DNA from: a virus | Lineage: Duplodnaviria; Caudoviricetes | IMG/VR virus record: IMGVR_UViG_3300037225_000760 | Span: 1 to 26,374 of that record | Length of the DNA: 26,374 bases | Direction: 5' to 3' (one strand) | Shown here: in pieces, positions 1 to 8,164 of the stretch | Layout of the letters: every line of letters starts with the position of its first letter | Numbering within the stretch: position 1 is the first letter of the stretch | Notes under the pieces: model-generated | Database searches by the model: none | What the model saw: only the letters and a program-made list of their open reading frames with translations | Told to the model about the DNA's origin: nothing | Made by a program: the position numbers and the translations under genes

Positions 1-772
1 CCACTTTGTCTTCATGAGACTCTCCCTACATGAAGGAAACCCCGTGTCTATCAGTTTCTTCTCCTTGTGTCTCCAGCGTCCTTCTGGGAGAATGTCTATC
101 AAGAGTCTCCCGTCTGAGAAGTAATGTCTATCTTGAAATCCTTGGCTAGACGACCTTGCTCGTCCACAAACCTTTACGCATTGCGTGTGTTGGGAAGAGA
201 CGAAGGGACTCCTTCTCTCTCGGATCCATTCCGGTCGCCCCATGGACGAAGGATGAGATTCTCAGCGATGATAGACATGGATGAGATATGACTGATGGTG
301 GGACTGTCCTTGTAATGATGGAGACTGTGATGACAGAGGTCTCCCATGCGTGTCAATATGACGGACAGACATGGGAGATCATGGGATGATTGATAGACAT
401 GGGATTGTGTTGGTCCTCTATAGGAGGGTAGGCATAGATATGACTGGTCCTGTGACAGAAGGACACTCTCTGGTGTCTCCAGTGTCTAATGTCTGTCAAG
501 AAACCTTCATCAGATGTGGATAGACATTAGACGATGAGTGTACTCTGTGATATTGGGGTTACTGCGACTTGGCAGGAAGATATGACTGAAGGACTGTGCA
601 TAGACTGTGCATAGACAGGGGGATTGACAGGGGATTGGGAGGAGGGGAACAGACTCCTGGAATTCTGGTCTCAGTGGACAACACTGTGCTCGACAACACT
701 ACTGTGTCCACGTCTCAGCCGAAACCTTCGTGATTGGGGATAAAGAGGGGGATATGACGGGCTGGACTACTC
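1..772. repeat. Non-coding, repeat- and hairpin-rich region
   Basis: No convincing ORF. TGTCTATC at 45, 93 and 125; its reverse complement GATAGACA at 270, 392 and 519. Imperfect inverted repeats 340-354/364-378 and 484-497/519-532. Tandem GACTGTGCATA copies at ~592-615. Confidence 0.6.
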
Positions 773-1573
773 TTAATGAGAGATATGCCTAGACGTACGA
801 GGACCGACTCTATTGATGAGACTGAGAGAGAGAGAAGATGTCCCTGACGGGATTGTCAATCTCGGAGCCAGACGACTTCGTGAGACCTGTTTCTTGACGC
901 TCCTGAATGTCCTGAATGGTAACCAATCTGCACCTTGAGATTCACAAACTATGATCTGTCCTGATCTTGTCTGGCACCACTGCGACAACTTCTTGTAACT
1001 TCCTGGCTGATAGGGATAACCGTGTCCTTCATTCTGGTAAGGAGGATCGATGAACCATGTGGCTCTAAGATCTGGAGTGTATTCATAGCTTCTGCAATCC
1101 ACTCTCCAATGCCTGATGAGATTGACCTGGGATGCGATTCTATATCTGACTGCTTGTCCCCATTGGGAATCTGGGCGGATTCCCGACTTGGCCCAGGCAG
1201 AAGGAATCTTGCGAGGAGCGATGGATCCTTTATTCAGCCAATATCCGATCAACCACTTTGCTTCTTGGCACAGGTCATGGTCATCGACATGGAGAACTGG
1301 TATTGGCAGTCGCATGATCTCTTCTGATCTGACGTGGATCAGATAGTCCCAGACGCCACAGATGATGGGATTCAGATCGAACAATCTGATCTTCAAGGAA
1401 GGATACCAGAGAGAATAGCCAGCCTCGCCAGCGAATGGTTCTATGATCATGGAATGTCTTGGCTCAGGGTAGTATCTGCCAATCCTGTACTTGCCACCAA
1501 AGTAACAGAAGAACGGATGGAGGCCCAGGGACTTGAGTCTGGGAAATCTGAGCCTGGGGAATCTACGTGTCAT
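773..1573 (-). CDS. DNA N6-adenine methyltransferase (D12/Dam-like)
   Basis: YFGGK N-terminal motif, SAM-binding IEPFAGEAG and catalytic FIDPPY. The C-terminal tail runs into low-complexity (GA)n sequence. Confidence 0.85.
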   Translation of the reverse strand: MTRRFPRLRFPRLKSLGLHPFFCYFGGKYRIGRYYPEPRHSMIIEPFAGEAGYSLWYPSLKIRLFDLNPIICGVWDYLIHVRSEEIMRLPIPVLHVDDHDLCQEAKWLIGYWLNKGSIAPRKIPSAWAKSGIRPDSQWGQAVRYRIASQVNLIRHWRVDCRSYEYTPDLRATWFIDPPYQNEGHGYPYQPGSYKKLSQWCQTRSGQIIVCESQGADWLPFRTFRSVKKQVSRSRLAPRLTIPSGTSSLSLSLINRVGPRTSRHISH

Positions 1574-1610
1574 CTCGGTTCTCCCCCTCTGAGAGAAATA
1601 TGACGTGCTC

Positions 1611-2027
1611 TTACTCTTGTCTCATCTTGATTCGATCTCGCTTTATTCGTGGTGGCTTTAACTTCTCGGCTTCCTCTGAACTATGAGTTGCACGAAGGTC
1701 CATCAGCTCCAGCTTAATGTCGTGAATCGTGATCTGTCCACCAACGATTGACACCTCTGCTCTTACTGAAAACTCTACGTTGCCCATGTCAAGTGTGATA
1801 TTGCCATAGGTGCTGGTGGGCTCTCCTGCAATAAGATCGTCGTAATAGACGGTCTTTGTCTCAGATGTGCCACGAACATTGAATTTGATTCCTTGACTCT
1901 TGAGGAGCTTGAGCGCTATTTCAAGCTGATGAGGCCTTATCAGAAGACAGCGAGGCTCAACAGACTCAACAGAGACCGTGTCGTCTAGACTTGGGTCATC
2001 TGACTTCCAGACTTTATTCTTCGTCAT
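1611..2027 (-). CDS. Hypothetical protein
   Basis: 138 aa ORF with AAAGGGG RBS, co-oriented with neighbours. Confidence 0.7.
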   Translation of the reverse strand: MTKNKVWKSDDPSLDDTVSVESVEPRCLLIRPHQLEIALKLLKSQGIKFNVRGTSETKTVYYDDLIAGEPTSTYGNITLDMGNVEFSVRAEVSIVGGQITIHDIKLELMDLRATHSSEEAEKLKPPRIKRDRIKMRQE

Positions 2028-2205
2028 TAGGTTCCCCTTTCAAGATACTGCGACTCAGAAATGTAAGATAGATTGTTGGCGCACTTAGAAACGCCTTCTC
2101 GAATTTCTCGCAGCCAGGATTGCCACACTGGCAAAGCTGATGACTGGGCGTGATGTTGAGAAGGTCTAATGTGCAGCCACAACTCGGACACCGAGGCGAT
2201 TCCAT
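2014..2205 (-). CDS. Small Cys-rich putative zinc-finger protein
   Basis: CPSCGC...CQCGNPGC, with GGAAGG upstream of the ATG. Confidence 0.6.
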   Translation of the reverse strand: MESPRCPSCGCTLDLLNITPSHQLCQCGNPGCEKFEKAFLSAPTIYLTFLSRSILKGEPNDEE

Positions 2206-2254
2206 TGAATCCTTCCATCAACTCGTCGAAGATGACGAGACGCAATTTGCACAC

Positions 2255-2608
2255 TTATAGACGCTTCGGTCTATCATCCAACAAAACAAAGGTCTCTAGA
2301 TCCTTGAACTGGTTTTCCGGGACAACTGGTTTGTCCTCATCGTGTGGGTCATCACTAGTCCAGACCTTCGTCTGTCTCTTCTGGTCTTCTACAGTCTGAT
2401 CCTGCCTGATCTTCTGGTCAACTTGGTCCGCCAATGTTCTCAAAACAGCAGGAATCTTGGGCATGATCCCAACCGACATGTCAGCAGACAGAGAGCCAAA
2501 GAACTCATTGTCTTTCTCGCCTATCTCAATCGAGATGAGCAGTACTCCTGCCACACCCAGAGCTTTTCTCGTATGTGCACATATATTGTTTGCTTGGTCT
2601 TGGTCCAT
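2255..2608 (-). CDS. Hypothetical protein (start reassigned to MDQDQ)
   Basis: AAAGGAG RBS precedes the ATG at 2608, just after the stop of the upstream gene. Confidence 0.65.
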   Translation of the reverse strand: MDQDQANNICAHTRKALGVAGVLLISIEIGEKDNEFFGSLSADMSVGIMPKIPAVLRTLADQVDQKIRQDQTVEDQKRQTKVWTSDDPHDEDKPVVPENQFKDLETFVLLDDRPKRL

Positions 2609-2622
2609 GAGATTCTCTCCTT

Positions 2623-3039
2623 TCAGCTCATCGAGGATGACGATCCACAGTTCGTGCACTTATAGACTTGGCCTTCTTTCACCATGTTGACGCCACAATC
2701 AGCACAAGGCACTCCTGTCTCCTGAGAAGAGTCCTTTGAGCCAATTAAACCCTCTAGATCCGAGGTTTCTTCTGAGCCCTCAAATCTGGTCTGCTCAAGG
2801 AGATCTTTGAAGTACTCTTCTTTGAAAGCCAATTTTTTCCTACTCTCGGACCTCTTGGCCAAGAAGACTTCCGCATCTTCAAGATTGTGCTTACTTATCA
2901 TCTTCTCAAAACGAAGGTCAGTCTGCCACTTGATGACTTTCCTCCACGACCCGCCAAGGAGATCAATGATCTTGGGTGCAGCGAGAATTACGAGAATCGC
3001 AATTACAAACACCAATACGAACACTAATTGACCATCCAT
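2623..3039 (-). CDS. Membrane-anchored protein with C-terminal zinc ribbon
   Basis: Hydrophobic N-terminal helix LVFVLVFVIAILVILAA; C-terminal CADCG...YKCTNCGSSSSMS; strong AAGGAGG RBS. Confidence 0.75.
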   Translation of the reverse strand: MDGQLVFVLVFVIAILVILAAPKIIDLLGGSWRKVIKWQTDLRFEKMISKHNLEDAEVFLAKRSESRKKLAFKEEYFKDLLEQTRFEGSEETSDLEGLIGSKDSSQETGVPCADCGVNMVKEGQVYKCTNCGSSSSMS

Positions 3040-3061
3040 ATATGTTCCTCCTTAAAAGAGA

Positions 3062-3235
3062 GTTGGCAGCAGCCTGACTGTTGCTCGTGAAGAAAATCTC
3101 GTTTTAGAACAGTTCTGCTGTGCCTGTCTCTGTTCAGACGAGATTCGCTATAATGAGTATGCGGGTTAGGGCTGTCCAGCTGTCAGCGAGCAGCAGGACG
3201 ACGACTGCGTTCCCGTGTGGGGGTGATGCTGCGAC
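3062..3235 (+). ncRNA. Candidate structured RNA with three nested stems
   Basis: Pairings 3062-3071/3227-3235, 3073-3090/3183-3197 and 3095-3112/3130-3145. The mismatches are G-U wobbles only on the + strand. Confidence 0.4.
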
Positions 3236-3486
3236 TACTTTATGGTATAACCAAGTAGCACCAATTCGTTCGCGAATAGGTGAATTGTGTCGGGCCCGAG
3301 TCTGATTACTCGGGCGCCATCTAGCAGTGTGTGACCGACATGCGTCCCCTGCTTTGGAGGAACGTGGATCTTGAGACCATCAGACATCCACACCTTGACC
3401 TTTTCAGCGAGATCGGGGTCACTCGTGACGATGATACCTTCATCGTTGATAGACCCAATCAACTTGTCACTAGATAAGATCTTCAT
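3235..3486 (-). CDS. Hypothetical protein coupled to the upstream peptidase
   Basis: 83 aa, ATGA overlap with 3483..4295, GGAGG RBS. Confidence 0.7.
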   Translation of the reverse strand: MKILSSDKLIGSINDEGIIVTSDPDLAEKVKVWMSDGLKIHVPPKQGTHVGHTLLDGARVIRLGPDTIHLFANELVLLGYTIK

Positions 3487-4295
3487 GCTCCCTCCTTGAA
3501 GAATTTTCCATGCACAAACGAGTCTATGTAGTCAAACGTCTTTGGGCACAACTTCTCAAGCGCATCATGATGAGCCGGATTCGCATAGCGCATGAATGCT
3601 TCAGCGAACCACTCTCTTGGGTTGGTGACTGCATAAAATGTAGGAACCTTGGCCAGTGCTACGCCGCCACTAGGAGGGGCATCAGTCTTGAACTCTTTCT
3701 CTGTCTGGCCTAAGACTTTGAGAGCAGTGGCTCTGCCTTCTCTGAACTCTTCTAGCATACCGTTACGGCCATGTGCGACTGCTTCCTTGTCCATCCGGAT
3801 GCCATCGTTAGGCTCACCAAAGGAAGACCAACGCTGGAGAAACTGAAAGTCCAGATGATGGGCAAACTCGTGAGTGAAGCTGTTGACACTCCTCTCGTCA
3901 GCGAGAGCGATGCTCTGATCGCGCTCCTTGTAGAAACCGGCCAGACCTTTGGCGCCAAAAGATTTGTCAACAGCCAGACTCTGGAGTTGGCGATTCTCCA
4001 GCAGACGAGGATCAATCTTCATCCGCCTGAGAAATGAGATTCCTTCCTGGACTGCCATCGGTGCTGGCTTGCCATGGAGTGCTTTGTCGAACGTATGGCG
4101 TACACCCCACTTCATCCCTTTGATTCCTGCTTCTTGGAGGTCAACTTCCAGTGGGTCGAAGCCAAGGAGAGCTACGACATCAGAAGGTGTCTCTGCGAGT
4201 TCTTCGTCATCGTCAGCTGAGTTGTCTGTCAATTCATCGAACTCTGGCAGAGGAGCGTCTATTGCGCCAAAGTGAATGTCAGGTAGTTGGTTCAT
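3483..4295 (-). CDS. Zincin-like HExxH metallopeptidase-domain protein (lethal-factor-like) with GIKGMKWG tag
   Basis: THEFAHHLD plus downstream YAVTNPREWFAEAF (third ligand Glu). Acidic N-terminal segment followed by LQEAGIKGMKWGVRH. Start at 4295 from GGAGGAG RBS and ATGA overlap. Confidence 0.75.
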   Translation of the reverse strand: MNQLPDIHFGAIDAPLPEFDELTDNSADDDEELAETPSDVVALLGFDPLEVDLQEAGIKGMKWGVRHTFDKALHGKPAPMAVQEGISFLRRMKIDPRLLENRQLQSLAVDKSFGAKGLAGFYKERDQSIALADERSVNSFTHEFAHHLDFQFLQRWSSFGEPNDGIRMDKEAVAHGRNGMLEEFREGRATALKVLGQTEKEFKTDAPPSGGVALAKVPTFYAVTNPREWFAEAFMRYANPAHHDALEKLCPKTFDYIDSFVHGKFFKEGA

Positions 4296-5233
4296 TTTCT
4301 CCTCCATGGCGCAAAGATTACAGGGTTGATGTAACTCTGGAGAGCCACTGTCTTGGTGTTACCAAGCTTTTCAGACACGCGTTCCGCGATTACCTTGACT
4401 GCTTTCTTGTATTCCTTTTCACCCTTGGGCACAGACATCTTGGAGACTGTGTCCACTGCCAACTGGTTGGCCAAGAGCGTCCTAAAATCCTTGGTCTTAT
4501 AACGACCTTTTAGTTCTTCTCGGACGAAACCACGGATATTGCCACCATCGACTGCGCCAAACAGCCGGCCAGAGCTTCCTGCAATATCTGCACGCTTGCG
4601 GAGGTCTCCTGCAATCTTCGGGTCTTCAACTTGCAAATTGATCTTGACTCCACTCTTACCAGCGAAGCGCAGATATGTTTTGTCGCCTCTCTCGACGACA
4701 TGTCTGCCTTCCAATGTGGTAGCACCAAATGCTTCTTTCTTAGCTTTCGTGTCGGCATCAGTACCAGGCCGGAGTCCTGTCTGTAGAATAAGGCGGGCAC
4801 ACGCAGCAAGATCAGAGACCTTGGCCTCTCTGAATGTGTCCTTGCTCTTGCTCATGGTTGCAAGTTGCCGTTCAATCTCTGGCTTGTCTTTCTCGAGATT
4901 CTGGATGCGCGAATACTTTGCGGCGGTCGTGGACTCTTTGAACTTGTCAGAATAAACGTACTGATCGCGGCCAGCAGCGTCCTTGCCTATGGCAAGCAGA
5001 TCAGCTTTAGGGTCCATGGAAATGCGAACGTTTGTCCAGGCAGGCGGGATCACCAGATCCTTGATGTGTTTGGGCCAAGACTTTCTGTCCTTTGGCACGA
5101 GATCAGAAGCAGCATGGTGTTCTCCCCACTTTTGTCCTTTGATTCCGTGCTCCTGAAGTTGCTGTGCTTCCCTTAGCTGTCTGACCGTGGAAAGCTCTGT
5201 CAATTGAAAGATCGGAAGGCCAGTGTATGCCAC
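4292..5233 (-). CDS. Type IB DNA topoisomerase (bacterial/poxvirus-like) with N-terminal leader
   Basis: IPPAWTNV...GKDAAGRDQYVY, GLRPG, FAGKSG, KDFRT and LGNT...SYI give the catalytic pentad R,K,R,N,Y. GTG start at 5233 after GAGGT. Confidence 0.92.
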   Translation of the reverse strand: MAYTGLPIFQLTELSTVRQLREAQQLQEHGIKGQKWGEHHAASDLVPKDRKSWPKHIKDLVIPPAWTNVRISMDPKADLLAIGKDAAGRDQYVYSDKFKESTTAAKYSRIQNLEKDKPEIERQLATMSKSKDTFREAKVSDLAACARLILQTGLRPGTDADTKAKKEAFGATTLEGRHVVERGDKTYLRFAGKSGVKINLQVEDPKIAGDLRKRADIAGSSGRLFGAVDGGNIRGFVREELKGRYKTKDFRTLLANQLAVDTVSKMSVPKGEKEYKKAVKVIAERVSEKLGNTKTVALQSYINPVIFAPWRRK

Positions 5234-5238
5234 GAGAG

Positions 5239-5622
5239 TTACCTCTTTCCCATGAGCGCGGAATATAGAGGCTTGAAGTCCCTCCAATCTCCATCCTTCA
5301 CAACATTATCGATCTTGCCTTTGCTCAAATGCCACACGTCGTCATCCTGACTGTATCCCACAATAAGTCCCGGAGCTTTGGGGCTCGTAAAATATCTCGC
5401 GTCGCCTTCATCATCTTCAGTCCCTTTGGGATAGGAGATCTTGAACCCCAATTTGCCAAGAGCATCGTCTGGATGCATCTTGCCTAACTTCTCCACACTG
5501 ATTCCCCCTCCTTGTTTTCCCTTGCGTTGCCCCCACTTCATTCCTTTTACGCCTGCCTCCCTAAGTCTCCTGACTGAGGAAAGCTCTGCGAGACCAAGAG
5601 TCTGGATTCCTCGACAGGCCAT
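5239..5622 (-). CDS. Hypothetical protein with leader + GVKGMKWG tag
   Basis: LAELSSVRRLREAGVKGMKWG; lies directly downstream of the portal; GGAGGT RBS. Confidence 0.75.
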   Translation of the reverse strand: MACRGIQTLGLAELSSVRRLREAGVKGMKWGQRKGKQGGGISVEKLGKMHPDDALGKLGFKISYPKGTEDDEGDARYFTSPKAPGLIVGYSQDDDVWHLSKGKIDNVVKDGDWRDFKPLYSALMGKR

Positions 5623-5623
5623 G

Positions 5624-8152
5624 TTAGACCTCCTTCTTTGGCTCAGTGTATGCTGCTACTTTGTGCCCTCCGATTGGCATTACTGGAGGATTCTGGAGAT
5701 CCTCGCCGTCGGGTGGCTTCTGAGTGAATTGGCCAGTGACCTCTTTGATTTTCTTAGATTCGTGATATCCCTTACGAAGAGCACGCCTAGTCTTGGTGAT
5801 GTCAGCCCTGTCGTGAGACTTCTGGTCCATGAGCGCTTCAGGGCTTGGAGCCAAGGTTCTCTGGCGATCGATCTGAGGTCTGCCTCTATAACGCAGATTT
5901 GCAGCCTCTCTCTTGATGCCGATGGCTACATCACGAGGGTCTTTCAGAAATGCTGTCTTCCGACTGCCCGAAGTGGCTTCTCCTGTAATGATCCCTTCCT
6001 TAGCACCACCACCAGTACCAGCCGTTCCGTCGCCTCCACCTCCGCCAGTCGAATCCGGACCGCCTGCGCCAGCGCCACCTTTTCCAGCAGCTGGCGGAGC
6101 AGCTTGTCCTTTCGTGATTTGCTGGTATGCAGCGTCGATGAGAACAGCCTTCTGGGCATCCTCAGCCGCAATCTCCTCTTGCTCATCATCGTAGTTGTAG
6201 GATGTGACAGACATCTCGCGGGCAGACATGGTCGCTGCTCTTTCGTGGGAAATCCACGACATGGATTCCATAAATGCGAAGTTCTTGAGCGTCTCGCTCT
6301 TGTTCTCCTCAGCAATGGCAGCGTATGTAATCTCAACTTTGACCTTGAGTTGTTGCGGGATCTTTCCACGATCCTTGGCATCGTCGAATACTCTGGCAGA
6401 ATCCTGCTGGAAGAATGCTTCCATGATCTCTTGCCAGTCTTCGAATGACTTGATGTCTGGCTCTGTCCCCACAAGAGCGTCGGCCTTGGTGCCAGCCATG
6501 GGAAGGTTGAGATAGGTTTGAGAAATGCCGGCGCCACAAGCGACAATAACCATCATCATTTCCCAATCTGAAGTCACATCTGCCGATCCCACTTCAGCAC
6601 GAATACCTTGCAACTCCGCTGCCTTGTTATGGATCCAGACGGACCCAGGAGCCGGTGGCTGAGAAAGCTGGAGCTTCGCTTGGTCAACCTCAGTTTGGCC
6701 ACCTTCCACAGCGACGTCCAGAACGTAGAGATTAGCCACCTTATTGCGAATGACTCGATCCGACGCAAACTCTTTAATTCTTTTCAACCAACCCAGTATA
6801 GTGAACAATTCGCTGCGGCCGCGGACTTCACCAGAAGTCGTATTGATCTTCATGTGGAAATACTCAATCGCAGGAACTTGACGAATGATGAACTTGATGG
6901 TCGGGACCGGCAAATCTACGTACCACTGGTAACGTGTCGGATATTGTTGGTGGATGTAAAATTCTGTTTCGCAATCATCAGGATCTGTCACAACTTCCCA
7001 CACTGTAGACGGGTCTAATGACCTTACTTTCAGTCCCCACGGAGCTTTGAAATATCGGACGAACTGTTCACCAAAAATTGTGAGGTCACTAAGAATTTGC
7101 TTGGACCTCATGTTCATGCCATTCTTTTCCCAATGTTCATCAAGAATGTCTTGGCACTGGGCAGTGTAGTCCGCCACCTCCTCCATCTCTTCACCAGTGT
7201 CTGGGTGTTTCTTCATGTTCCCGGTTGAGATTTCAGCACGCACCACTGTGGCTTTGACTCCCTTGCCGAGGACAAATTGCTTGATGACCTTGACAACTCT
7301 TTTGGCGAGTGGATTGTGGGTAAAGCATTCAAACGCTTTTGAGTGCATATCCAAATAATCGTACCAATAAAGTTGTTTGTTGTATGGTCCAGCAAGCAGT
7401 GGGAGAAATTCCTGTGGCCGACCCATCTGTGTATCCCACGTGTTTGGCAACGCTCCGCCTGGAGACGCATCAAGAGCGAACGTGTCGCCACTGTCGAAGA
7501 AGGTGTTGTTGTCTTCTCGGAGCTTCCGAACGATGGAACCTTCTTTCTTGGCAGACTCTTTGAGGCGGGAGTAGATAGAAGCGTCCATGGTCTGGAATAT
7601 GTTAATCAGACGTGGGTCAAGTCTGATGTCTATCAATTGGCCATCTGTCAACGTGACCTTCTGCTTCTCTACAGCAGCCAACACATTCTTCATGATCAGG
7701 TTCGATTCGCGGAGTTTTCTGTACTCCGCGCTGTGAATCCAGGACTGGATGTTCGGGAAGTGAGACTCCTTGAAAATGCCTTTCCTCATGTCCTCAGGAG
7801 GGGATGTGATAATCTTGGCGTCGACATCCATCACAACAGCTTTGTCTAAGTAATGGATGGGGGTGCCCTGTGCCGATTCATCCATGTGAGAGAACTCTTG
7901 CGTCTCTTCCTGGGTAGGCGGCAGGATAACGCCATTCACTACACGGAAGGCAGACTTCAGAGGCACTCTGGCCACGATGTCTGAAGTCAGCAACGGTGCT
8001 CCTTCATCTGGATAGTCCTTCCCTGTGTTGAAGACGTCTTCCTTCTTGGCAGACTCAGCCGCAATCTTGCCACGCTTAGGCGACACCCAGGCTGTTGGTG
8101 TACTCGGAGTGTGTGGCGCATTCGTAGGATTGACTACGTTGGTAGTTGCCAT
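5624..8152 (-). CDS. Phage portal protein with long N- and C-terminal extensions
   Basis: Position after the terminase. Portal-like segments NPLAKRVVKVIKQFVLGKG, LTIFGEQF and RGRSEL...WLKRIKEF; Gly-rich C-terminal linker. Confidence 0.8.
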   Translation of the reverse strand: MATTNVVNPTNAPHTPSTPTAWVSPKRGKIAAESAKKEDVFNTGKDYPDEGAPLLTSDIVARVPLKSAFRVVNGVILPPTQEETQEFSHMDESAQGTPIHYLDKAVVMDVDAKIITSPPEDMRKGIFKESHFPNIQSWIHSAEYRKLRESNLIMKNVLAAVEKQKVTLTDGQLIDIRLDPRLINIFQTMDASIYSRLKESAKKEGSIVRKLREDNNTFFDSGDTFALDASPGGALPNTWDTQMGRPQEFLPLLAGPYNKQLYWYDYLDMHSKAFECFTHNPLAKRVVKVIKQFVLGKGVKATVVRAEISTGNMKKHPDTGEEMEEVADYTAQCQDILDEHWEKNGMNMRSKQILSDLTIFGEQFVRYFKAPWGLKVRSLDPSTVWEVVTDPDDCETEFYIHQQYPTRYQWYVDLPVPTIKFIIRQVPAIEYFHMKINTTSGEVRGRSELFTILGWLKRIKEFASDRVIRNKVANLYVLDVAVEGGQTEVDQAKLQLSQPPAPGSVWIHNKAAELQGIRAEVGSADVTSDWEMMMVIVACGAGISQTYLNLPMAGTKADALVGTEPDIKSFEDWQEIMEAFFQQDSARVFDDAKDRGKIPQQLKVKVEITYAAIAEENKSETLKNFAFMESMSWISHERAATMSAREMSVTSYNYDDEQEEIAAEDAQKAVLIDAAYQQITKGQAAPPAAGKGGAGAGGPDSTGGGGGDGTAGTGGGAKEGIITGEATSGSRKTAFLKDPRDVAIGIKREAANLRYRGRPQIDRQRTLAPSPEALMDQKSHDRADITKTRRALRKGYHESKKIKEVTGQFTQKPPDGEDLQNPPVMPIGGHKVAAYTEPKKEV

Positions 8153-8164
8153 AGACTAAACTCC

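Noticed and set aside
824-835. (GA)n tract in the MTase 3' end as a phase-variation switch
   Set aside because: The tract is short and lies downstream of all catalytic motifs, so slippage would only alter the tail.
2027-2254. 75-aa ORF MCKLRLVIFDEL resembling MHELWIVILDEL
   Set aside because: The similarity comes from the duplicated zinc-ribbon DNA read in another frame. The overlapping Cys-rich ORF 2014..2205 has better start signals.
5441-6448. 335-aa plus-strand ORF and the other plus-strand ORFs
   Set aside because: They lie antisense to well-supported minus-strand genes and show no recognisable motifs.
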